Counted from the first letter of the stretch, positions 8,622-19,624 are shown. The stretch: DNA of 64,000 bases from a bacterium (GCA_037137535.1 JBAXKC010000009.1:26871-90870); one strand, 5' to 3'. Program-made: numbers and translations. The notes: generated by a model from the sequence alone, not told the origin.

Positions 8622-11027
8622 CTAAAAGCCCTCACCAAAAATATATTCTATAACTTCATCCATGTTTTCAACAATTTTAAAGTTGATTTTTTCTTTCACA
8701 TAATCAGGAATGTCATCAAGATCTTTTTTATTTCCCTTAGGAATAATTATATTAGTAATATTATTTCTCAAAGCCGCTATGCATTTTTCTTTCAATCCAC
8801 CAATCGGTAAAACTCTTCCACGAAGAGTTATTTCCCCTGTCATAGCGACATCGCCTCTTATTGGCTTATTAGTAATAGCGCTTATAATTCCTGAAGTTAA
8901 AGCAATACCTGCTGAAGGACCGTCTTTTGGTGTTGCTCCGTCAGCTGCATGAATATGTAAATCATGCTTTTCTACAAAATCTTCAGGAATATCATATTTT
9001 TGATAATTACTTCTTGCATAACTTAAAGCAGTCTTTGCAGATTCCTGCATAACATCGCCAAGTCTACCTGTCAAATTCAAGCGACCTTTACCGGGCATTA
9101 CACCAACTTCAATTTCTAATAATTCACCGCCAACCTCAGTCCAAGCAAGACCATGAACCAATCCTACCTGTGGCTGTTTTTCTGCTTCAGATCTTTCAAA
9201 TTTAGGAGTACCCATATATTTTGAAAGATTTTCAGTTGTTATATTTACGCTGAATTTTGGATCTGAAACTATTTCCATCGCAACTTTTCTACAAAGTTTT
9301 GCCGCTGCTCTTTCAAGATTTCTTACTCCTGCTTCACGAGTATAATTATTAATTATTGCAAGAATTGCATCTTTTTCAATTTTCATTTTAGAAGATTTAA
9401 TTCCCGAAAGCTTTGTTTGTTTTGGAATAAGAAATTTTTCGGCAATATTGGCTTTTTCTTCTTCTGTATAACCTGAAATATAAATAGTTTCGATTCTATC
9501 CCTCAAAGGCTTATATAATTGATCTAAAGAATTAGCGGTGGCAACAAAAAACACTTCTGACAAATCAAAAGGAATATCAATATAATGATCAACGAAATGA
9601 GAATTTTGCGCTGGGTCTAAAACCTCTAGCATTGCTGCTGTCGGGTCACCCATATGGCTCGGTATCATTTTTTCTATTTCATCAAGCAAAATCAAAGGAT
9701 TTTTGGTCCCGGCATCTTCAACAGCTCTGATTATTCTACCGGGCATAGAACCTATATAAGTACGTCTATGACCTCGAATTTCAGATTCGTCATTAATACC
9801 GCCAAGACTTACCTGAGCAAATTTTTTATTCAAACTTTTTGCAATAGACTTTGCTAGAGAAGTTTTACCGACACCCGGTGGACCTACAAAACAAATAATG
9901 GTGGGAAGCTTTTCTTTTGAAAGTTTTTTAACTGCTAAAAACTCCAAAATCCTTTGTTTTACATCCTCTAAACCATAATGATCTTTATCGAGAATTTTTT
10001 TAGCCCTATCAATATCAAGAATATCTTTTGTTCTATTTTCCCATGGCAAAGCCAAAACCGAATCAATATAAGTTCTGATAACAGAAGTTTCTGCTGTATA
10101 ACCAGGCATTCTTTCAAGGCGATTCAGTTCCTTATTAAGTTTAGTTTTAACTTCTTGAGGCAGTTTTGCTTTTTCAACGGTTTTTCGTAACTCGTCAATT
10201 TCATCAGCGCCTTCTTCGTCACGAAGTTCATCTTTAATTGCTCTTAATTTCTCTCGCAAAATATATTCTTTTTGAGCTTTTCCGAGCTTAAATTTAATTT
10301 TTTCCTGCAAGCCTTCTTCAATACTAAGCATTTCCAGCTCTCTTGAAAGAATTTTACTGACTTGCTCAAGTCTTTCATAAGTGTTAGCTGTTTCAATTAA
10401 TGTTTGCTTTTCTTCAGACACTACATTCAAGTAGGTAGCAATAATATCAGCTAATTTACCCGGTTCTTTAATTTCTAAAATAGAAACAAAATGTTCAGGG
10501 CTAACTTTTGTACTTCTCTGAATATAACTTTGAAATAAATCCAGCGTCAATTTCATCAAAGCTTTTATATCTTCCTCTTCAACAGAAGACTCAACCAGCT
10601 CTTCGTAATTAGCTCTTATGAAATCTTCTTCAAAACTCAAATCAACAGCTTTAACTCTTTTTACACCTTCAACAAGAGCTTTAACAGCACCATCAGGAAA
10701 TTTTAAAACTTGAACGACTTTACCTAAAATACCTATGTCATATAAATCCGCTATTTGAGGCTCATCAGTTTGAGGCTTTTTTTGAGCCAAAAGTATAACT
10801 TCATGACTTTCTGACATCAAAGCATTTTCAAGGGCGATCGTTGAAACTTTTCTATTAACAAAAATAGGCGCAACCATATGCGGGAAAGTAACAATATCCC
10901 TCATAGGAATAACAGGAGTAAACTTGGGCAGTTCTTCTTTTTGAACTTCTATATCATCAGCTTGTTCTTCATTTTTTTCATCAAGAATTTCATCTTTTTC
11001 TTCTAGCTTTTTATTCATTATTTTCAA
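8622..11027 (-). CDS. lon: Lon (La) ATP-dependent protease
   Basis: GPPGVGKT, LLDEIEK, GHRRTYIG, PKDGPSAG, GGLKEK; start may be ATG 11018. Confidence 0.97.
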   Translation of the reverse strand: MKIMNKKLEEKDEILDEKNEEQADDIEVQKEELPKFTPVIPMRDIVTFPHMVAPIFVNRKVSTIALENALMSESHEVILLAQKKPQTDEPQIADLYDIGILGKVVQVLKFPDGAVKALVEGVKRVKAVDLSFEEDFIRANYEELVESSVEEEDIKALMKLTLDLFQSYIQRSTKVSPEHFVSILEIKEPGKLADIIATYLNVVSEEKQTLIETANTYERLEQVSKILSRELEMLSIEEGLQEKIKFKLGKAQKEYILREKLRAIKDELRDEEGADEIDELRKTVEKAKLPQEVKTKLNKELNRLERMPGYTAETSVIRTYIDSVLALPWENRTKDILDIDRAKKILDKDHYGLEDVKQRILEFLAVKKLSKEKLPTIICFVGPPGVGKTSLAKSIAKSLNKKFAQVSLGGINDESEIRGHRRTYIGSMPGRIIRAVEDAGTKNPLILLDEIEKMIPSHMGDPTAAMLEVLDPAQNSHFVDHYIDIPFDLSEVFFVATANSLDQLYKPLRDRIETIYISGYTEEEKANIAEKFLIPKQTKLSGIKSSKMKIEKDAILAIINNYTREAGVRNLERAAAKLCRKVAMEIVSDPKFSVNITTENLSKYMGTPKFERSEAEKQPQVGLVHGLAWTEVGGELLEIEVGVMPGKGRLNLTGRLGDVMQESAKTALSYARSNYQKYDIPEDFVEKHDLHIHAADGATPKDGPSAGIALTSGIISAITNKPIRGDVAMTGEITLRGRVLPIGGLKEKCIAALRNNITNIIIPKGNKKDLDDIPDYVKEKINFKIVENMDEVIEYIFGEGF

Positions 11028-11164
11028 CTTCTATTATCTAGGCTCATATGGAATTAATCTTTTAGTTTAACACAAAAAATTGTTTATATCTCTTACACAG
11101 ACGACCATAAACCATTTTTATTTTATCTTCACTTTTAAAAATTCTCTTATTTCTTAATTAAAAG

Positions 11165-11839
11165 TTAATCCTTTTTACAAAAAGAGAAAAAATTACAATA
11201 GATACAATGCTTTGCTTCATTTCTTGAGTAAATGGAAATCTGATCCATCTCATTGATTTTTTCTAAAAGAAGAGTTTCATATTCCATTTCTTTTTCTTCA
11301 GAATATTCTATTTCTTTTATTTCTATTTCTTCCGCAATACGAATAAAACTAAAGACCAAATTCTCATGAGGAAATTTAAGCTTTAAGCTTTTTTGAGCTT
11401 TATAAAATGAATACAAATAAATAATAGATTGATAATTCTTATCGTCAGACGGGATTTTCTGACCTGTTTTCCAGTCGATAACATATATTTTATTGTCTTT
11501 ATCTTTAAAAACAGCATCTATTCGTCCGCTTAACCAGCTTCCGCTATCGGAAAGAGGTGTCCAGAATTGCCATTCTGTAGCGACAAGTTCTTGTTTTAAT
11601 AAATTAGAGGCTTTAATAATTTCCCACATATTAACAACCTCAGTATCGGCATTTTTTAAAAGATGACTTATTTCATGACCTTTTAAATAATACTCTATCA
11701 GCTTATGGATAGCTTTTCCGAGATAAAAATCAGATTGAATCTCAGGGATATTAAGTCTTTTAATATATTTATAATAATATTGACGCTTACAGATATCCCA
11801 AATATTAAAGCGATCATGATTAAAAATTGATTTAGTCAT
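11165..11839 (-). CDS. PD-(D/E)XK nuclease, RecB/AddB/Cas4-like, with putative 4Fe-4S Cys
   Basis: GKAIH, GRID, VIDWKTG, QSIIY; N-terminal Cys plus C-terminal CxxC-x5-C; ATG 11839 overlaps the helicase stop. Confidence 0.85.
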   Translation of the reverse strand: MTKSIFNHDRFNIWDICKRQYYYKYIKRLNIPEIQSDFYLGKAIHKLIEYYLKGHEISHLLKNADTEVVNMWEIIKASNLLKQELVATEWQFWTPLSDSGSWLSGRIDAVFKDKDNKIYVIDWKTGQKIPSDDKNYQSIIYLYSFYKAQKSLKLKFPHENLVFSFIRIAEEIEIKEIEYSEEKEMEYETLLLEKINEMDQISIYSRNEAKHCIYCNFFSFCKKD

Positions 11840-14800
11840 TAATTTTCCACCCATCGAGAACAGAATATTCCGCAAAATAATTAAGAATTTTCGAAGGCTG
11901 TTTTTCATCAAGCCATGCCGCACCATCATTTTTATAATACGAAGTCATGTAAAGCTGACGTTTTGCCCTTGTAATACCGACATAGATTAGTCTTAAGTGC
12001 TCATTACATTGCATTATACGATTATCCGCATAATCTGTTTTTAATTCCATAATTTTATCTAGTTCTTTTGTAAGTTTATGCTTTGATGAAGAAATAGTTT
12101 TATCGGGCGAAACAGAATAAGAATAACCATCTTCATGCATTGACGGCATAAAAACAACATCAAAACCTAACCCTTTAGCCTTATGAACCGTCATTAAACA
12201 GGTCTGACCCTGAATATTCTCTTCTTCTTCCTCAAAATATTTTATTCTTATATCTTTTCTGCCTAATTCTTCAAAATATTTAACTATTTCAAAAAGCCCT
12301 ACAGTTATATTTCTTTGATAATCAGTTTCTTTTTCTCTGAATTTTTTCACAAAAAGGGCGAAAAGATGCATATTTGCTCTATCAAGTGTATCTATAAAAT
12401 AGTAATGTCCAAGTTTTATAACCAATTCTTCAACAGGCAAAGATGCAAAATAAAGCCAGTATTCTAAATCAAGTTTAAACCTTATAAGCTCTTCCGTTGG
12501 CAACTCATAAGTTTTAAAAGCCAAAAAAGGAGAACCGAGGTTATTTAAAAAATTAAGTGAAACAAAATCTTTTTTATAAAGTTTATAAGAAGTTAATACG
12601 TTAAAAAGCTCTACAACTCTGTCTTTATTATGTGGAGCAGCCAAAAATTTAAGGTATGACAATAAAAATCTGAACACTTTTTTCTGTTTAAGCGAATCAG
12701 TTTTACAAATAAAAGGAATTTCATTACTTTCCAAAAGACTAGCCCAACTCAAAACCTGAAAATTATTCCTCAATAGAACTGCAACAGAATTATTTGGATT
12801 TTCTTTAATTATTTTTTTGATTTTACTCGTAATATAATCTTTTTCTTCTTCTGAGGTTTCAAAAGTCTTAAAACACAAATTATCTTTGTTCACAGGATTA
12901 GAATTTTTTACGGGCTTCATATAAATTTCATAAAAAGCATCAGAAAACATTGAATCTTCCCGCGAGAACTTAATAAGCTCATTTGCAAGTGTGTATATTC
13001 CCTCTGCGCATCGCTGCGAGCAATCCATCTCTACTTTATTGTTCTCGTTAATAAAGCTTTTAAAACCCTCTACATCAGCATTAGAAAAGGTTGTAGTAAT
13101 TGCTTGATTGACATCGCCACATCTAATAAGATTTTTATGCTTTTCACAGATACAAGAAAGTATTCTCTGCTGTATTTCAGAAGAATCTTGCGCTTCATCT
13201 TCAATAACATAAGTAAATTTATCTTGATAATAAGCTCTAACCTCTTTGTTTTCTTTTAAAAGATTTGAACAAAGATAAAGAACATCATCAAAATCAATCA
13301 TATTTCTTGATTTTAAAAATTGTTGATAATCTCTATATATAGGCAAAAACTCTGAAATTATCTGATTTTTTTTTGCTAAAGGAGACTTTTCAATTTTTTC
13401 AACGGATAAACCGTTTTGCTTTGCGTAAATTATTCCTTTATCTATCATTTCAGTCCATTTTTTAAGGTCTTCACCTGTAGGAAGAAAAATTCCGCATCGT
13501 TCATTTATTATCTGTGGTCTTAAATCACCATCACAAATATTAAAATCATATTCCAAGCCAAGTCTGGAATAATTATCATTTTCTTTTAAAATTTTCAAAG
13601 CAAGACTGTGAATTGTCGAAACATGAGGAAGCTCTGAACCGCAAAATGATTTAATTTTCTCTCTTATATTTTCAGCAGCAGAGTCCATATAGGTTAATAC
13701 CAGTATTTTTTCAGGCGGAGTTCCGTCCTTAATAAGTTTATGAATTAAACCTTGCATAACAGTAGTTTTACCTGCCCCTGGAACCGCAGGAACAGCAAGC
13801 ATGCCACCTTTATAATCAATAATATCTTTTTGATCTTCTCTAGGAGTAAAATTAAAATCTTTGACGGCTGTTTCTATTATTTGCCCGAGAAAAAGAACAA
13901 TGCCACCATAAGCATTTTCTCTTCCCGTACTGTCATAATCGCTAGAGTAACAGTAAATATGCTCTTTTGAACATAATACAAGTTTTCTAAGAAGGTGAGC
14001 CGATTTTTCAAGTGTTAATTTTCTATGAATATCAGGAGTATAATCAGAAATAGCACAATTTTTTCTTAACATCCAAGAGTTATAAAGTGGTCCTGTATCG
14101 TCTTTAATCCAGCTGTTTGATGAGGTATCAATCCAAATTTGATAGTTAGAATGAAGTTCAAGATCAACAACTTTTTGCGGTGTTGCGATTTTTATTGCAT
14201 TTTCGTTAATTTCTTCGGCAACAGCAGGATTATCAGAAACTACCGTACTTTTTATCTGAATAATCCATTCTCTTTCTTCATTTTTAAGTTCTTTTCCAAG
14301 TTTTATGATTAATTCCTGAAATTCTCTCAAAGACTTCAAAAGGTTATTAAAATCATTAAGTTGAGTATTCTCATCAATTATCGGCAAAATTATTTTTGTA
14401 AAAATAACTCCTAGTTGAGAGTAAATATCAAGATTTTCCTCGCTAATTTCTTCGATTTTACTTAAAAATTCAGCATATTTAACATCTAATTCTTCAATTC
14501 CAAAAACTAAAGATTTTAAACTTTTACTGTTTAATCTTTTATTCTGATAAATGTCGGCTTTATTAACAGCATAATTCCATAAAAAAGAGAATAATTCTGA
14601 TAATTCCGACTTTGAAGGGAACAAATACCACTCTTTATTTATAATTTGAGCAATTATAAGAACCGATTTTACGATTTTATCGTCTATCAACTTTTTAGAG
14701 CCTGAGAAAAACTGATAATTATAACTATTTTGCTCAAAGAACTCTTGTAATGAATATTTCATACAAATATCAAAATCTGGGGCAACTACCACAATTTCAT

Positions 14801-15806
14801 TAAAATCAACACCATCAGCCACTAAATCAGTAATTTTAATCATTGCATTTTTTATCATATCAGTTCGCCACAATAAATTATCATGATAAAAATTATCTAA
14901 TTTAGCAGAGATATTTGATTTTATGGCAACAAATAATTTTTCTGCATCGTCCTGCATTTTATTTGGTTTAGTCAATTTAACGGTACGAATATTTTCTATA
15001 TTTTTAATTTCATCCAATCCTTCGGGATATGCGCAAAGGTAGCCACGTCTTGAACCTCCGTTTAAATCAGCAGAAATATAAAATTTTTCTGACTTTAAAC
15101 GAATTTCACGAATAAAATTTTGAGCAACATATGGGATTTCATCAAAATCATCAACGAAAAGATATTTTATATCTTTAAAATAATCAAAACGTTCTTGAAA
15201 AACGCTTGAAAATATTTCGGTTTGTCTTAAATAATCAAAATGGCGTAAAACCAATTCCTGTTTTTTTATAGATTTAATGGCTTCTTCAACCTGCTGGGTA
15301 TGCGTTTCATTAAGTATAGAATTTGCATTATTAATTTCATAATCAGATAAATTATTTTGAATAATGAGCGAATATCTTCTTAAAATCTGATGCAATAAAT
15401 TATGAGAAGAAAGATAATCTCTAAAACTATCAGAAACATCTTTGCGTTGATTTATAACGTTAATTATATTTCTCAATAAATATTCTGTAGATTCAAGTCC
15501 GCAGAGATTTGGAAAAATTTCACTTTTATCGTTTAATTTTACAATTTTTTGCTCTATATAAGACCAATTATCAAAAATAAAATTATACACAATGCCGTTA
15601 AAAGTTCTTATGTTAAAATTTGCAGACTGGTTATAACCCAATTTCGACAATTGAGTTAAAACTCGAGAAGTAAAATCATTTTGCTTATGCTTGTTTTGAC
15701 AAATTACCATAATTTCAGAAGGTGAAATACCCGACATAACAATATTACAATATTGTTCTACAAGGTAAGAAGTTTTTCCTGCTCCGAGTTCACCAGTAAT
15801 TAGCAT
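11832..15806 (-). CDS. SF1 UvrD-like ATP-dependent helicase with an additional N-terminal degenerate helicase module
   Basis: C-half: AVPGAGKT, VLTY, STIHSL, DEAQD, GDVNQ, MTVHKAKGLGFD, YVGITRAK; N-half: GELGAGKT and FVDDFDE. Confidence 0.85.
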   Translation of the reverse strand: MLITGELGAGKTSYLVEQYCNIVMSGISPSEIMVICQNKHKQNDFTSRVLTQLSKLGYNQSANFNIRTFNGIVYNFIFDNWSYIEQKIVKLNDKSEIFPNLCGLESTEYLLRNIINVINQRKDVSDSFRDYLSSHNLLHQILRRYSLIIQNNLSDYEINNANSILNETHTQQVEEAIKSIKKQELVLRHFDYLRQTEIFSSVFQERFDYFKDIKYLFVDDFDEIPYVAQNFIREIRLKSEKFYISADLNGGSRRGYLCAYPEGLDEIKNIENIRTVKLTKPNKMQDDAEKLFVAIKSNISAKLDNFYHDNLLWRTDMIKNAMIKITDLVADGVDFNEIVVVAPDFDICMKYSLQEFFEQNSYNYQFFSGSKKLIDDKIVKSVLIIAQIINKEWYLFPSKSELSELFSFLWNYAVNKADIYQNKRLNSKSLKSLVFGIEELDVKYAEFLSKIEEISEENLDIYSQLGVIFTKIILPIIDENTQLNDFNNLLKSLREFQELIIKLGKELKNEEREWIIQIKSTVVSDNPAVAEEINENAIKIATPQKVVDLELHSNYQIWIDTSSNSWIKDDTGPLYNSWMLRKNCAISDYTPDIHRKLTLEKSAHLLRKLVLCSKEHIYCYSSDYDSTGRENAYGGIVLFLGQIIETAVKDFNFTPREDQKDIIDYKGGMLAVPAVPGAGKTTVMQGLIHKLIKDGTPPEKILVLTYMDSAAENIREKIKSFCGSELPHVSTIHSLALKILKENDNYSRLGLEYDFNICDGDLRPQIINERCGIFLPTGEDLKKWTEMIDKGIIYAKQNGLSVEKIEKSPLAKKNQIISEFLPIYRDYQQFLKSRNMIDFDDVLYLCSNLLKENKEVRAYYQDKFTYVIEDEAQDSSEIQQRILSCICEKHKNLIRCGDVNQAITTTFSNADVEGFKSFINENNKVEMDCSQRCAEGIYTLANELIKFSREDSMFSDAFYEIYMKPVKNSNPVNKDNLCFKTFETSEEEKDYITSKIKKIIKENPNNSVAVLLRNNFQVLSWASLLESNEIPFICKTDSLKQKKVFRFLLSYLKFLAAPHNKDRVVELFNVLTSYKLYKKDFVSLNFLNNLGSPFLAFKTYELPTEELIRFKLDLEYWLYFASLPVEELVIKLGHYYFIDTLDRANMHLFALFVKKFREKETDYQRNITVGLFEIVKYFEELGRKDIRIKYFEEEEENIQGQTCLMTVHKAKGLGFDVVFMPSMHEDGYSYSVSPDKTISSSKHKLTKELDKIMELKTDYADNRIMQCNEHLRLIYVGITRAKRQLYMTSYYKNDGAAWLDEKQPSKILNYFAEYSVLDGWKIND

Positions 15807-16066
15807 AAAATCAAAGTTTAATACCTTTTATAATTATCTGAATATAAATACTTATTTATACTAAAACAAAAACAAATTGTTAAAAACTTTTGCTATAACA
15901 ATCAAACTTAATTTTTGATAATTGAATTTAAAAAGTGTAATACCCGAGCGATTTGCTTCTTTTATTAAAAATAATAAACTTTTTTTAAAATATATAAGTC
16001 CTACTGACAATTTAAACATTTATTTGTTTTTATATAGATAGTCGTATTAAAAGAAGTAAGTGAATA

Positions 16067-16897
16067 ATGCAAGGAACAATCGAAGATCTTGTCAATATGT
16101 GTTACTTTCTAAACGGCGAAAACGGCAAAGAAAGTAAACATGGCCAGCCCCCGCAAGGCTGGGAAATTGTCGATAAACTTATTGACAATAAATCAGGATT
16201 TTTAGGATATACTTTCAAAAAAGATAATAACGTTGTTGTTTGTTATAAAGGTACAGATTTTAATAGTGCAGCTGACTGGTTTGGGTCAGATTTATCCTTC
16301 TTGCTTGGAAGAAAACCACCTCAATATACTTTTGCAAAACAACTATATTTAAAAGCAAAAGAAAAGTTTGGCAAAGATAATGAAATAATGGTTTCAGGCA
16401 CTTCTTTGGGCGGTGGACTGGCTGAATTATTGGGAACTGATGTTTGCAAAGACAAAGTAATTACTTTTAATCCTGTCGGTACTCATAGAGTAAATAAAGC
16501 TCCTAATAATAATCAGGAAAATTCTCATATTTTTAATATTGTTATAAAAACTGATGTAGTTGGAAATTTATTTAAACATCATGGAAACGTTTTATACGTT
16601 GATGGACCTGTTCCAATCAATAATAAAAAAACTCATCATCATCCGGTCAAACCCCATCATGGTTTAAAAAACAGGCTTGTAGATTCACATTTAGTAGGTA
16701 ACTTTAAAAACTTTGTTCCTAAAAATATATTAAAAACACCAATTGATACTATTAATATATTATTTAATGTTAAAAGGTTAGATATAATTGATAAATCACC
16801 TTTTCAATATAATACCTTTCCTCAAAAAACAATAATTCAAAAACCTTTAACTAATAATCCATTATTAAATGTTTATCAGTCAGGGCTAAAAGTTTAA
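16067..16897 (+). CDS. Alpha/beta-hydrolase, lipase class 3/Mbeg1-like
   Basis: YKGTD, GTSLGGGLA nucleophile elbow, TFNPVG, DVVG, C-terminal His. Confidence 0.7.
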   Translation: MQGTIEDLVNMCYFLNGENGKESKHGQPPQGWEIVDKLIDNKSGFLGYTFKKDNNVVVCYKGTDFNSAADWFGSDLSFLLGRKPPQYTFAKQLYLKAKEKFGKDNEIMVSGTSLGGGLAELLGTDVCKDKVITFNPVGTHRVNKAPNNNQENSHIFNIVIKTDVVGNLFKHHGNVLYVDGPVPINNKKTHHHPVKPHHGLKNRLVDSHLVGNFKNFVPKNILKTPIDTINILFNVKRLDIIDKSPFQYNTFPQKTIIQKPLTNNPLLNVYQSGLKV

Positions 16898-17079
16898 TTT
16901 TTACTGAATTAATAGGCGATAAGATTAAGAACATATTTACTTTATCAATGTTGTAATTATTTTATTGTGTTCTTATTAATATTTTTTTTAAAACTTGAAT
17001 AACTTTTGTAAACTTTTTCGCATGAATTTAATTTCGCATGTTTTTATATATATATGTAAGTTATTAAGTAGGGTAAAAT

Positions 17080-17331
17080 ATGTCGAATTGGCAAAGTAAA
17101 TTTGAATTTTCTAGTGGAGTTTCAACATCTCCCGTAAATGAAATAAAAGGCATTTCTACTCAAGAAATTAAAAGTCTTAAAAATCGAATTGTGTTTTATA
17201 TTGAACATTATTCTATTATCGTAAAAAAATTACCGACAAAAGACACCACCTCAAAGATTGATAAACTTAAAGCAGTTCTTATATTGATTGAAAATGAAAT
17301 TATAAGAAGAGCAAACAGTTTAAATATTTAA
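17080..17331 (+). CDS. Hypothetical protein (83 aa)
   Basis: ATG behind AGGG; helical-looking; fills gap before the pgk terminator. Confidence 0.5.
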   Translation: MSNWQSKFEFSSGVSTSPVNEIKGISTQEIKSLKNRIVFYIEHYSIIVKKLPTKDTTSKIDKLKAVLILIENEIIRRANSLNI

Positions 17332-17350
17332 TCAATATTTTTTTCATGAA

Positions 17351-17382
17351 AAAATAGCCGTACAATTAAGTACGGCTATTTT
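17351..17382. terminator. Bidirectional terminator between the 83-aa ORF and pgk
   Basis: AAAATAGCCGTAC-N6-GTACGGCTATTTT. Confidence 0.8.
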
Positions 17383-17407
17383 AAAAGAATTTATTTAAAG
17401 AAAATTC

Positions 17408-18607
17408 TTATTTTTCGTCTAAAGCAGCAACACCCGGAAGAACTTTTCCTTCGATGAACTCAAGACTAGCTCCGCCGCCTGTGCTTACATGTGAGTAAGA
17501 TGCAGGATCAATTTTGAATTTTTCAATTGACGCAACTGTATCGCCACCGCCAAGAACGCTTATTGCTCCGCCTTTTGTAGCTTCTGCAACGTTTCTTGCA
17601 ATTGATTCTGTTCCGCCTTGGAATTTATCTAATTCAAATACGCCAACAGGTCCGTTCCATAGAATGGTTTTTGCGCCAAGAATAATTGATCTGATTTCTT
17701 CTCTTGTATCAGGACCAATATCAAGACCTTCCCATCCATCAGGAATTTCATTTGAAGGAACGATTTGAGTGTTGGCATCATTACTGAAACCATCAGCTGC
17801 AACAACGTCTTTAGCGTAAATAAGTCCGACATTTTTTTCTTTAGCTGTTTTTAGTAACTCAAGAGCAAACTCAAGTTTATCATCTTCAACGATTGAATTA
17901 CCAATTTTTCCACCTTGCGCTTTAACGAAAGTATAGGTCATTCCGCCGCCAAGAATAATGGTATCACATTTATTAATAAGGTTTTCAAGTACACCAATTT
18001 TTGTGCTTACTTTACTTCCGCCTACGATTGCTACGAATGGACGCTCAGGAGCTTCAAGAAGTTTTCCAAGCATTGATATCTCTTTTTCCATTAATAAGCC
18101 TGAAACTGACGGAGAAAGGAATTTAGTAACTCCTTCAGTTGAAGCGTGAGCTCTGTGAGCAGCACCGAAAGCATCATTCACATAGAAATCAGCAAGTGAA
18201 GCTAATTTTTCAGCAAATCCTGCATCATTTTTTTCTTCTTCAGCATAAAATCTGATGTTCTCAAGAAGAGCAACTTCGCCATCTTTAAGAGTAGCAAGTT
18301 GAGCTTTCACTTCATCACCAATGCAATCATCAAGTTTTAAAACAGGAACGTTTAAAAGCTCGGAAAGTCTTTTAGCAACAGGTCCAAGTCTTAAACTATC
18401 TTTAAATTGACCTTTTGGTCTTCCAAGGTGTGAAGTTAAAATAACTTTTGCGCCTTTTTCCATTAAATATTTAACAGTAGGTAGAGCAGCTCTAATTCTT
18501 GTGTCATCAGTTACGTTTTGATTTTCATCAAGAGGTACATTGAAATCAACTCTTACAAGAGCTTTTTTACCTTGAATATCTTTTAAATCAGCTACGGTCT
18601 TTTTCAT
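17408..18607 (-). CDS. pgk: Phosphoglycerate kinase
   Basis: [41 protein letters not shown]. Confidence 0.98.
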   Translation of the reverse strand: MKKTVADLKDIQGKKALVRVDFNVPLDENQNVTDDTRIRAALPTVKYLMEKGAKVILTSHLGRPKGQFKDSLRLGPVAKRLSELLNVPVLKLDDCIGDEVKAQLATLKDGEVALLENIRFYAEEEKNDAGFAEKLASLADFYVNDAFGAAHRAHASTEGVTKFLSPSVSGLLMEKEISMLGKLLEAPERPFVAIVGGSKVSTKIGVLENLINKCDTIILGGGMTYTFVKAQGGKIGNSIVEDDKLEFALELLKTAKEKNVGLIYAKDVVAADGFSNDANTQIVPSNEIPDGWEGLDIGPDTREEIRSIILGAKTILWNGPVGVFELDKFQGGTESIARNVAEATKGGAISVLGGGDTVASIEKFKIDPASYSHVSTGGGASLEFIEGKVLPGVAALDEK

Positions 18608-18739
18608 GCTGTTTTTTCCTCATAATAATATGAACATGTTTAATTTTATTCGCTAAAGGTTTTATTACAAGCACTATTCCTATTGTCCGTCAGTAAAAAG
18701 GTTTTTTCTTATTCTTTAATAAGTATTTTATTATAAATA

Positions 18740-19624
18740 CTAAATCTCCTTATCAGGCATTTTCAGCATAACAACACCATTCATAATAACCATTTCATCT
18801 TTATTCAAATAAGGAATTCCAGTTGAACTCCCGTAAAGACCTTTAGCTTCATCTGTTAAAACAGGTTCCGCTTCTTTTTCAGTAATAAGTTTTCCATTAT
18901 TAAGTTTGGAAAAATCCAAAAATAAATTTTCTGATTTTTTATTGTAAGGGTCATGAATAATTATATTATTAGGATTATAATTTTGCCCATTAAAACCATA
19001 TCCAACAGCAGTTACCCAGTGTCCGTACTGCTTAGTATAAACAGGAGTACCATCAACCGAAAGATTTTTTTTATAAATCCCTAAATTAAGTAAAACCATA
19101 CCTTTAGCTTCTATTGAATCCTTTATCTTTGCTAGATCAGGACACATAGCCACAACCCCATATTTGCCGCCTGGTCTGATTCCTTGATATTCTATTTTAT
19201 ATCCTCTATAACCTTTATCAGAAATAAACTTATCTAGTCCTTCGCATAAATCTTTAGTTGACGTACCAATTGGGGCTGGCTTAGTCTTAAAATAACAAGC
19301 AAGTTCATTAATTAAAGCAGATTTATTCTTACTATATAATTTTTTATAACCGTTATTACTTAACCAAACTATTGCATTAGCTGCACAATAAGGTCCACAA
19401 TGAGATTCTGAATGTTCTTTATTTTGCCACTGTTTAAAATTAGGGATTTTACTAAGTCGCTCTACAAAAAATAATTTACTTTTAAAGTTAATTACATCGT
19501 TATGCAATGATGGCTTTAACTTTAAAGACGAACTATTCACATTATTAATAGAGCATTGAGGGTTTATTTTTATGATTGTTCTATTAGATTTTATTCCTAA
19601 ATATTGATTTAGAGAGTTTAACAT
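18740..19624 (-). CDS. Papain-fold cysteine peptidase (C39-like), orphan
   Basis: Cys-His-Asp order: HCGPYCAAN, GHWVTAVGY, IIHDPY. Confidence 0.65.
   Translation of the reverse strand: MLNSLNQYLGIKSNRTIIKINPQCSINNVNSSSLKLKPSLHNDVINFKSKLFFVERLSKIPNFKQWQNKEHSESHCGPYCAANAIVWLSNNGYKKLYSKNKSALINELACYFKTKPAPIGTSTKDLCEGLDKFISDKGYRGYKIEYQGIRPGGKYGVVAMCPDLAKIKDSIEAKGMVLLNLGIYKKNLSVDGTPVYTKQYGHWVTAVGYGFNGQNYNPNNIIIHDPYNKKSENLFLDFSKLNNGKLITEKEAEPVLTDEAKGLYGSSTGIPYLNKDEMVIMNGVVMLKMPDKEI

Noticed and set aside
11165-11839. Cas4 as evidence of a CRISPR-Cas locus
   Set aside because: No cas1/cas2 or array; the gene is coupled to a helicase
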